DNA from: Candidatus Peribacter riflensis
GTDB lineage: Bacteria > Patescibacteriota > Gracilibacteria > Peribacterales > Peribacteraceae
DNA: 32,000 nt
Direction of reading: 5' to 3'
NCBI GenBank assembly: GCA_001430755.1
Contig: CP013062.1
Coordinates: 1,200,001-1,232,000 of the forward strand
The translations under genes and the position numbers were made by a program. The notes beneath the pieces are model-generated. The model was given only the letters and a program-made list of their open reading frames with translations, ran no database searches and was not told the origin of the DNA. This document shows, one piece after another, positions 1 to 8,100 of the stretch (the stretch's first letter is position 1; each line of letters begins with the position of its first letter).

Positions 1-2
1 TC

Positions 3-3000
3 GACTGTCCTGTCTGCGGCGATGGCACACGCGAAGATCCGGAACAGTGCGACAATGGGGGAAACAATGGCACAGCCTGCACTCCGGCCTACAGTTCTTC
101 TTGCACCTATTGTTCCTCCAGCTGCACCAATGTCACTCTTCAGGGGCCACGGTGCGGGGATGGGACGCGCAATGGCAGCGAGCAGTGTGACGGATCATCG
201 ACCCCCTGTGGTTCAGGCAAGATGTGCAACAGTTCATGTCAATGTGTTGCCACCACTCAATCCTGTCTCTCAGAAGGCCAGAATGGGGTTTTTCCGTGGG
301 CTTCGGTCACCACGCCTCTGTCGTGTTGTACCGGATTGAATCCCACAGGAAATGTTTCCGTAATCGGTCCGGGACAGTGCGGGAATCTGGGATCGACATT
401 CGTCTGCACGTATTGTGGCGATGGTCAGTGTGAGTGGAACGAAAATGAATGTAATTGTTCCAATGATTGCGTCGCACAACCGTTCTGCGGTGACGGCACG
501 CGCAATGGCAGCGAGCAGTGCGATAACGGCGCGGCGAGCAACGGAACGGCTTGCACCCCCGCCTACGGGTCAACCTGCACGTACTGCTCTTCGAGCTGTA
601 CCAATGTCACGCTCCAGGGGCTGCGGTGCGGAGATGGTTCTTGTACCGATGGTGAGCACTGTGGCAATTGTGTCGCAGATTGCGTCTGCCAGGGAGGGTA
701 TTTCTGCGCCGTCGATCAGTGTATTCCCGATAACATGATCCGCTGCGACATCGGCGATACCTGCTTGAACAGCGCAACGTGTTGCTATGACGAGGTCTCG
801 CATGTGAATAGCTGTTGCCCCAATGTTGATTCCACCTGTTGCGGGGGGAATTGTTGCCCGACGGTCGGCGGCATGTTCCGGTGCGAAAACAACCAGTGTA
901 TTCCGGTGCAGTCTTTCTCCTCCTCCTTCTCCTCCTTCTCCTCCTTCTCTTTCATCCCGCCAACGAAGTATGGCGTGACCGTCACGGGGATCCCCGCCGT
1001 CGCCTATCCCAACAGGACCTATACAGTCACGATCAGTCTTACGAACAAGACATCCCAGCAAAAGAACTTTGCCCTGACACCCAGTAATGCTGTCATTCCA
1101 GAGCCGGGTGCGCCTCCCTTGGTGTTCAACTTCGCATCCAATCTGACGTACAGTTGCTATGGCAGCAATACGGATTACATTACCTGTGGAAACTATCCAT
1201 TGGCCCCCCAGGCAACGAAAACAATCCAGGTTTCCGCAACGACGGCGGCGAACTGCGTAGCAGGCCAGACACAGGGGCAGGGTATCTTTGCCATTCAGGT
1301 CAGTGATGGCACGCTTCAGGAGCCCTACGTGCTGCAGTCCGTGACCGAATACTGTGTGGCAGCCGGATGCGGCAACGGCGTGTGGGAGACCGGCGAGGGG
1401 TGCGAAGACGGGAACACGACGAGTGGCGACGGTTGCAGCGCCACCTGCGTGACAGAGTGTGCCGATACGGACGGCGGCAATGACCCCCTCGTGAAGGGAA
1501 CGGCGACGCATTGGGCCTGTTTTAATTCGCCTGGACAGCCCACATGCGGCCTGCGGCCATTTGCAGAGACAGACTCCTGTAATGGGTCTCTCTATACCGA
1601 GTGGTACTGCGATGCAGGAACCCGGAGAATCAAGGGCGATGGTGACAGGCAGTGCCCTGCCGGGAAGACATGCGTCGGTGGGGCGTGCGTCGTGGGGGCG
1701 TCTCCTTCCTCCTCGGTGTCTGCAGTGTGCGGCAACGGCGCCAAGGAGGGCACTGAACAGTGCGACAACGGCGCTTCGAACGGCCAAGCCTGTACTCCTT
1801 CTACTGGCGGCAGCTGCTCGTACTGTTCCGCCAGTTGCACCACTGTGACGTTGCAGGGTGACTCCTGCGGTGATGGATTGGTCAGTTCCGGCGAGGTGTG
1901 CGATACCCAAGGGCCTCCGTATCCGGGCTGCCCCGCAGGCGATACGTGCTACCAGTGCACCAATTGCGTGCGGTGCGGCAACGGCGTCATAGACCCCGGC
2001 GAAGTGTGTATGGTGATTCCTGTCTGTGACATGCCCTACTCCTGTACGAGCGGACCCACGTTCTGTCCGGCAGATTGCCCCGCATCTTCCGCAGCATCGT
2101 CCCAGTCTGCTGCTGCGGCGGCGGTGTGCGCAATCCCGGTCGGTTGGAATCCCTATGACATCGTCATAACGCCTGATGGAGCAAAGGTGTATGTCTCCGT
2201 GATGGGGGATGACACAGTCAAAGTCCTCTCCACCGCATCCAACTCGGTCATGGCGACGATTTCCGTCGGTGATGCACCGGCCCATATTGCCATGACTCCA
2301 AACGGCCAAAGAGTGTATGTACTCAATCAAGAAGGCAAAAGTGTGTCAGTGATTGCCACTGCGACCAATACGGTGATCGCAACGATTCCGATCAATAAAA
2401 CACCCAAGCGTCTTGCGATCACTCCTGATGGTGCGAAGGTGTACGTCACTGCCGGGAACAACAGTGTTTCGGTCATCTCCACGACGTCCAATACCGTGAC
2501 GGCCACGGTCACCGTAGGATCTTCCCCTCTCGGCATCGCCATCACCCCCGATGGAACGAAGGCGTATGTGGCCAATGAAATTGTTGGATCAGTTTCCATC
2601 ATCTCCACGGTATCCGATACTGTCATTGCCAGTGTGTCGGTTGGGGGTACTCCGCAAGATGTCGCCATCACCCCCAACGGCACGAAGGCGTATGTATCGA
2701 ATCATAATGGCAACACGATTGCCGTCATCTCCACCGCAACCGATACGGTTTCTGCATCAGTTTCCATTCAGAAATTTTCGTCTCGCGTTGCCATCACCCC
2801 CGACGGCACGAAGGTGTTTGCGCTGAATGATTGGGAGGCCAACCTCTCCGTCATCACCACGCAGTCCAATGGGCTCAGTGGAACCATGGATGTGGGGAGG
2901 GGGCCGACAGACATCGTCTTCACTGCAGACAGTACGAAAGCGTATGTGGTGAATAAAGCGGACGATACGGTGTCTGTGATCGCCACGGCAACGCGCAATA

Positions 3001-5144
3001 TTCTGGCCACGATCCCTGTCGGGGATTTCCCCGGAGCAATCGTTCTCTCTCCTGACGGTTCGAAGGCGTACGTGGCCAATGCCGGAGGGGGGTCCATCAC
3101 CGTCATCGACACGGCGACCAATACAGGTTGTCAGGCGGCCTCTTCTTCCTCTTCTTCCTCTGCTCTCTCATCGAAGGTACCTGCCTGCCCCGATGGCGTG
3201 CTGGATGCCGGAGAGACCTGCGAAATCGGCGTGTGTTGTGGTGCAGGCTACGTATGCGATCATGCATGCCGCTGTGTGCCCGCAGGCAGCTCCGCCTCTG
3301 CCTTCTTCGCGTCGTCCTCTTCTGCACTGATTCAGGCTTCCTCCTCCTCTGCCTTCTTCGCGTCGTCCTCTTCTGCACTGATTCAGGCTTCCTCCTCCGC
3401 TTTTCCAGCGTCGTTTTTCTCCACATCTGCCTCTTCGGCTGTTTCGGCGATGTGTGGCAATGGAAATCTGGAAGGTCTGGAACAGTGTGAAACCACTACC
3501 GCGTGTGCCAACGGGGCCATGTGCATGAATTGCTCGTGCGGAGCGGTCAGCTTCTGCGGAGATGATACGGTGGATTCCCTGCGGCAGGAGCAGTGCGAGC
3601 AGAATGCAGATTGCGCCGCCGGATACGTGTGTACGACCCAGTGTCTGTGCCAGCAGACGGGTGGCCTCTGCGGCGACGGCTCCCTTGAGGGATCCGAGGA
3701 GTGCGAGAGTGGATATTCCTGCACCGTTCCCGGTGAGATCTGCAGTAACTGTCTCTGTACGCCTCCTCCCCACTGCGGCAATCGCGTTCTGGAGTCACTG
3801 GAGGAATGCGAACTCTCTGATCCCTGTGTGGCAGATCAGGTGTGCGTGAACTGTATCTGCCGATCTCCGGCGGCGTGTGGCAATGCCGTTCTCGAGTCGG
3901 GCGAACAGTGCGAGGACGACACGCACTGCCTTACAGGGCAGAGATGTGACCGCAGCGCCTGCCGATGCGAGGGGACAGCGAGAGACTACTGCGGCGATGC
4001 CGTACTGAATCAGGGCGAAGAGTGCGAGGCGAATGCCCCCTGTACCGATGCAGGCAAGAACTGCGACTTGGATACCTGTCTCTGCGTCAGGCAGCCGGTG
4101 ATTCTGGCGTGTGGCGATGCCACACTCGATCCCGGCGAAGACTGTGATATTGGCATTGCGTGCCCTGCGGGAAGCTATTGTGTATTTCCGCGGTGCCACT
4201 GTGTCGGTGCCGTATCCCGTTGCGGAAACGGCAAGCTGGAGGGATCGGAGCGCTGCGAAATTGGAGCGGGGTGTCTACTGCCAGGCGAAGTGTGCGATCT
4301 TGCCACTTGCCAGTGTGCACCGTCTGATCCGGCGGGCAGATGCAGCAATGGCCTGCTCACCGCAGGAGAGGAATGTGAAGTGGGGGTGCCGTGCCCGTTC
4401 GGGTGGGCCTGTGATTTTCCACGTTGTGTATGCCAGAATCAACCGGTGTGTGGCAACAGCGTGCTCGACCCTGGTGAGCAGTGCGAGACGAATATGGCGT
4501 GCACGGGCGATCAGCAGACGTGCGACTTTTCGCGGTGCCGGTGCACAGGGCGCATCTACGAATGCGGTAACGGCGTGCGCGATCCCGGTGAAGAGTGTGA
4601 TGACGGCAACCGGAGTACCGGCGATGGCTGTTCAGCAGTCTGCCTGCGCGAAACCCTCTATTCACAGGTGCAGGCAGGCGCGTTCTGCGGCAACGGGATC
4701 GTCGAGAACCGTGAGGAGTGTGATGATGGCAATGTGTTCTCCGGCGACGGATGTACAGCATTCTGCACGTACGAGACACTTCCTGCTATCGATACCACGG
4801 AGCAACACCCCGCCGCCTCGGCAGAGTCTTCTCTCGCACGCTCCGCCCTCTCCTCGTCAATGATTTCTACGCCTGCACAGTTCACATCTTCAGTGGCTGC
4901 CGCCTCACAGTTCTGGTCGTCTTCGAGGCCTGCCCAGATCCCGTCTGCCCCGCTCGGAGCGATTACCATTCCCTTCCCCAAGCCTTTCAGTACTGTTGCA
5001 GTTTCTCAACTCGTCCGACCTTCACTCGTGCCCTTCATCCCTGCGCAGGCTCCCATGACGCGCACCGGCCCCGAGGTGGTGACCATCCTCTCTGCCGGGG
5101 CAGCCCTGGGGTGGGCATGGCTCCGGAGACGTCGGAAGGAATAG
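3..5144 (+). CDS. Giant secreted cysteine-rich modular surface protein (5'-partial): CGDG/EQCD Cys-rich repeats, Ig-like (CARDB/DUF11-like) segment, 8-blade YVTN-type beta-propeller, 12-repeat Cys-rich stalk, C-terminal membrane anchor
   Basis: Frame 3 is open from nt 3 (DCPVCGDGTREDPEQCDNGGNNGTACTPAY...), so the ORF-track Met at 222 is internal and the gene continues upstream. Stop is TAG at 5142-5144. The unit CG[DN]G-x5-EQCDNG..NG.AC.P....C.YC...C..VTLQG..CGDG recurs at nt 15-140, 487-640 and 1726-1860. An Ig-like segment lies at about 960-1360 (LAPQATKTIQVSAT). Propeller, stalk and anchor are listed as separate features. Confidence 0.9.
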   Translation, partial: DCPVCGDGTREDPEQCDNGGNNGTACTPAYSSSCTYCSSSCTNVTLQGPRCGDGTRNGSEQCDGSSTPCGSGKMCNSSCQCVATTQSCLSEGQNGVFPWASVTTPLSCCTGLNPTGNVSVIGPGQCGNLGSTFVCTYCGDGQCEWNENECNCSNDCVAQPFCGDGTRNGSEQCDNGAASNGTACTPAYGSTCTYCSSSCTNVTLQGLRCGDGSCTDGEHCGNCVADCVCQGGYFCAVDQCIPDNMIRCDIGDTCLNSATCCYDEVSHVNSCCPNVDSTCCGGNCCPTVGGMFRCENNQCIPVQSFSSSFSSFSSFSFIPPTKYGVTVTGIPAVAYPNRTYTVTISLTNKTSQQKNFALTPSNAVIPEPGAPPLVFNFASNLTYSCYGSNTDYITCGNYPLAPQATKTIQVSATTAANCVAGQTQGQGIFAIQVSDGTLQEPYVLQSVTEYCVAAGCGNGVWETGEGCEDGNTTSGDGCSATCVTECADTDGGNDPLVKGTATHWACFNSPGQPTCGLRPFAETDSCNGSLYTEWYCDAGTRRIKGDGDRQCPAGKTCVGGACVVGASPSSSVSAVCGNGAKEGTEQCDNGASNGQACTPSTGGSCSYCSASCTTVTLQGDSCGDGLVSSGEVCDTQGPPYPGCPAGDTCYQCTNCVRCGNGVIDPGEVCMVIPVCDMPYSCTSGPTFCPADCPASSAASSQSAAAAAVCAIPVGWNPYDIVITPDGAKVYVSVMGDDTVKVLSTASNSVMATISVGDAPAHIAMTPNGQRVYVLNQEGKSVSVIATATNTVIATIPINKTPKRLAITPDGAKVYVTAGNNSVSVISTTSNTVTATVTVGSSPLGIAITPDGTKAYVANEIVGSVSIISTVSDTVIASVSVGGTPQDVAITPNGTKAYVSNHNGNTIAVISTATDTVSASVSIQKFSSRVAITPDGTKVFALNDWEANLSVITTQSNGLSGTMDVGRGPTDIVFTADSTKAYVVNKADDTVSVIATATRNILATIPVGDFPGAIVLSPDGSKAYVANAGGGSITVIDTATNTGCQAASSSSSSSALSSKVPACPDGVLDAGETCEIGVCCGAGYVCDHACRCVPAGSSASAFFASSSSALIQASSSSAFFASSSSALIQASSSAFPASFFSTSASSAVSAMCGNGNLEGLEQCETTTACANGAMCMNCSCGAVSFCGDDTVDSLRQEQCEQNADCAAGYVCTTQCLCQQTGGLCGDGSLEGSEECESGYSCTVPGEICSNCLCTPPPHCGNRVLESLEECELSDPCVADQVCVNCICRSPAACGNAVLESGEQCEDDTHCLTGQRCDRSACRCEGTARDYCGDAVLNQGEECEANAPCTDAGKNCDLDTCLCVRQPVILACGDATLDPGEDCDIGIACPAGSYCVFPRCHCVGAVSRCGNGKLEGSERCEIGAGCLLPGEVCDLATCQCAPSDPAGRCSNGLLTAGEECEVGVPCPFGWACDFPRCVCQNQPVCGNSVLDPGEQCETNMACTGDQQTCDFSRCRCTGRIYECGNGVRDPGEECDDGNRSTGDGCSAVCLRETLYSQVQAGAFCGNGIVENREECDDGNVFSGDGCTAFCTYETLPAIDTTEQHPAASAESSLARSALSSSMISTPAQFTSSVAAASQFWSSSRPAQIPSAPLGAITIPFPKPFSTVAVSQLVRPSLVPFIPAQAPMTRTGPEVVTILSAGAALGWAWLRRRRKE
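2130..3125 (+). repeat. Eight tandem ~41-aa YVTN-family beta-propeller repeats (protein level) inside gene 1
   Basis: Eight units of the form [IV]xITPDG[AT]K[AV]YVxNxxxxxVSVIxTAT[ND]TVxAT[IV]xVGxxP, for example ITPDGAKVYVTAGNNSVSVISTTSNTVTATVTVGSSP. This matches the 40-residue YVTN repeat signature (TIGR02276) as I remember it. Confidence 0.85.
3297..3398 (+). repeat. Perfect 2 x 51-bp tandem repeat in a Ser-rich linker (SAFFASSSSALIQASSS x2)
   Basis: tctgccttcttcgcgtcgtcctcttctgcactgattcaggcttcctcctcc occurs at 3297-3347 and again, identical, at 3348-3398. Confidence 0.95.
3453..4775 (+). repeat. Array of 12 Cys-rich ~33-40-aa repeats (10 x CG[DN]xxL[ED]xGE[EQ]CE-x3-4-C-x5-7-C-x4-C-x-C, then 2 x CGNGxxxxxEECDDGNxxxGDGCxxxC Myxococcus-type/DUF4215-like)
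   Basis: Read directly from the translation. Examples are CGNAVLESGEQCEDDTHCLTGQRCDRSACRCEG and, at the end, CGNGVRDPGEECDDGNRSTGDGCSAVCLRE and CGNGIVENREECDDGNVFSGDGCTAFCTYE. The last two fit the TIGR02232 / Pfam DUF4215 consensus as I remember it. Confidence 0.85.
5055..5141 (+). other. C-terminal sorting-signal-like tail of gene 1: MTRTGP + 17 hydrophobic/small residues (EVVTILSAGAALGWAWL) + RRRRKE
   Basis: Tripartite layout at the extreme C-terminus. It is closely paralleled by the gene 7 tail (27974-28057). Confidence 0.7.
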
Positions 5145-5191
5145 GAAAAGATGCACGGGGAGCAATGCATTGCAGGGCTCCGGCACGGGGC

Positions 5192-8100
5192 TTAGAGCAG
5201 GAGGAAGGTCAGGATACCGATGGTGATGAAGCGGGTGCCCGGGAACGTTGCGGGAGCGTTCGGAATCGGGATGCCCTTCACGGCAAAGAGCTGGAGGTTC
5301 TGCACCCACTGTCCGAGGGTAAAGAAGGTGTTGCGGTACCTGCAAGTCAACTTGCACCGGGCGGAAGTGAGATCGCTGTTGAGCTCGCCGTCATCGCACG
5401 TTTCCCGCTCGCGTCCACCCGGGGGGGTCCTGTCCACGATGCCGTCACCGCAACGGGAGTACGTGCAATTCGTGCGGCAGAGGGCATTGGGCCTGTCATT
5501 GTTCGCCTCTCCGCCATCGCACTCTTCGCCCTCCTCGACCATGCCATTTCCGCAGCCGGCGCTGGCGCTGCTCTGCTGCGAGGAGGAACTGCTCTCTTCC
5601 GCGCTCGAGCTACTGCCTGTCTGCGGCAGGAGGCCGCAATTGGTGTACGGGGAGGGGGATTCGAAGCACTGCCCTACTCCGAAGAAGCTGCCTCCGATGA
5701 ACGGGTCTTCACAGCTCTCGCGGTCCAGATCATTGAAGCACAATCCGAAGTCCTCTCCTTCCACACAGCAATTGCCCTTCTCTTTTTCAGGCGCGGAGCT
5801 TGCACTCGCTGCGGCTGCTTCATGGGAGGAGGAACCACCTTCGTCTGCAGCACTGCTTTTCTGTCCGCCCCCGGCTGTACCGCCGCCTCCCACGCTGCTG
5901 ATCTCTGCTGCTTCCTGCGAGCTGGTTTCGGCTCCGGCGGAGGATGAGCCTTCTTCGATAGGACCGGTGAAGCATCCTGCAGCGAGACAGCGTTCTTTCC
6001 CTCCGACGATGCAGAAGACCTCCTGCGGTTCCTCATTGGCCAGCAAGTTGGCGGCGAGATCTAGGTCACCTTTCTCTTCGCAGGCGAAGAACGGCTGCCC
6101 GCCGAACAGGGCATCATTCTGCCGTCGCACACAGCAGGTGCGCTTGCCCTGCGGTTTTGTACCACAGGTATCTATTTCGCAGGCCGAGAGGCTCTCGCGG
6201 AAGCTGCCATTCATCTTCTGCTGACACTTGTCATACGTATTTGCCAGAGCGTCGCACAGATTCGCAGGTGAGACGGGATCTTGCGCGTAGCAGCAGATGC
6301 CAGTCTTTTCTTTGCACGAGATCCCCTCACAGGAGGTTCCCTCTTTCACCTCTCCATCACACTCTGCCGACAGCACGCAGGCGCCGCCGTTCTTGGGGCA
6401 GCAGGGCTTCGGTTTCTGTTCCGGCGTCGTGGGGTTGCAGGGATTGGAGGGAGCAGTGCTATCACTGGGGCAGGAGGCACCGGGCTTGAAATCGCCGTCC
6501 AGTAACTCTTCGCACATCTCGCGCGTCATTTCTTTGCCCCGAGAGGTGTCGAGGCAGAGTTCTCTGGTCGTGGCATCCGGTTTCTCTCGCGTGCAGCACG
6601 CGCCTTTCTTCTGCTGGTCGCAGAGAGTAGGAGAGCAGGCAGCCGCCGATTGTGGGGCGCCGCTCTTTGCCTCGCAGGCCTTGGTCGTGAGCATTTCACA
6701 GGTGGCACCGGGACTGCCCGGAACGCAACAAGGAGCCTGTTTTTCTGTTTGGACGGTGCAGACGATTCCTTCGCAGAAGTTCTTGTCGTTGATGGGCTTG
6801 TCTGGATCGCAGTTCTCCCGCTTCATCCCAACCGCGCACTGGCTGTTCGATATTTTGGGGCAGCAGGCCACAGGCTTCTCTTCGGGTGGACAGCCATCCG
6901 ACAGACACATGCCCTTCTTCATTTCTTTGCCCTCACCGCAACTGCCGCTCTTGGGTGCGTCGGCGCAGGAGGAGGTCTTCTTTTCAGCATCCCACGTGCA
7001 GCACGCGGGTTTGTCGGAGGGGCACTCACTGCAGGAGGCGGCGAGTCCTTTGTACTCTCCTTTGAATTGCTTGCACTCGGTCTCGGTCACAGTGAGACAC
7101 TGCAGGTTCTTTGCGGCCTCCGTGCCCGTACAGCAGATCCCCTTGGGGTCCAGGCAGGGGTTCTGGCCATTGACCAGATCACACGATGTCACGCCGCCCA
7201 CCCAGCGAACAGGGGCATAGCCCCTGTAGGCTGACTTACACTGCTCTTCTGTGATGCCCTGGGTGAAGAAGGGTGAAGTGCCTCCTTGGGCATCGCACCT
7301 CTGCCCCTGATAGGTGTAGCAGCAGATGCCCAGAGGACAGGCGGCGTTCGGGCCTTGTGATGAACATTCCTTCGCGTCGGGCCTGAAGGTGCCTTTCCCT
7401 TTTTCGCATGCCTGTTTGGAGAGGAGAGAGCACGTCCCCTCTGCGGAGCAGCAGGCACGATTACAGGAATCTTCCTTGCACTCCTTGGCGCTGAAGAGGA
7501 ACTCGCCGACGCCACACTGTTCTTTGGTGAGCTGGGAACACGTTTTTTCCTGTGCTGTGCAGCAGGGGCGACGGCAAAGAGAGCTCTTACACTCCTTTTC
7601 GTTCTCCATGTACTCGCCGCTCTGCGACGCGCAGGCGCTCTTTGAGAGGAGCTTGCATCCGTCGGCGGTGCAGCAGGCGCGCACGTTGTCACAGGGGTCG
7701 TCGAAGCAGAAGGATTGCTTCTTGAATGTGCCGCCGTAGCTCGCGCAGAGGGCCTGCGGCCGTTCGCTCTCGGCGGTCGTGAAATGATCGACGTTGAGAT
7801 CGACGCAGGGGGAGGGGTCATACTTCGTTTTGGGGTCGCAGCAGGCTCCCCAGTCGTCTACGGGCTTGCAGGGGAGGCTATCGCAGTTGCAGATCTGCTC
7901 GCATTCCTCCGTGAGCGTACCCGGCCGAAGGATGGCGGTGCCCGACATTTCCTGCTCTGCGCAGGTGACGGGGCCTCCGTAGGTACACATCCAGTTGTAT
8001 GTGTACTGTGGCGGAGAACCAACGCCAAACGGCGTCAGTACTTCACGGCAGCATGTCTTCTTCGGCGGGCAACAGCAGATGCCGCCGCCAGGCATATCTT

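Noticed and set aside
570-2330. 586-aa ORF antisense to gene 1. Similar long antisense or off-frame ORFs include 26468-27802 (-), 26479-27339 (-), 16481-17365 (-), 17366-18193 (-), 4751-5947 (+), 5220-6224 (+), 7715-8767 (+), 8742-9368 (+) and 20996-21715 (-).
   Set aside because: All lie completely inside strongly supported CDSs on the other strand or in another frame. Their translations are Arg/Ala/Gly/Pro-rich low-complexity strings with no motifs. Long stop-free antisense frames are expected at this G+C content.
5145-5191. Possible bidirectional terminator between convergent genes 1 and 2: a 12-nt perfect palindrome gcaatgcattgc at 5162-5173 and a direct repeat gcacgggg.
   Set aside because: The palindrome has no loop, so at best it forms a 4-bp stem. 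There is no flanking U/A tract. This is not convincing as an intrinsic terminator.
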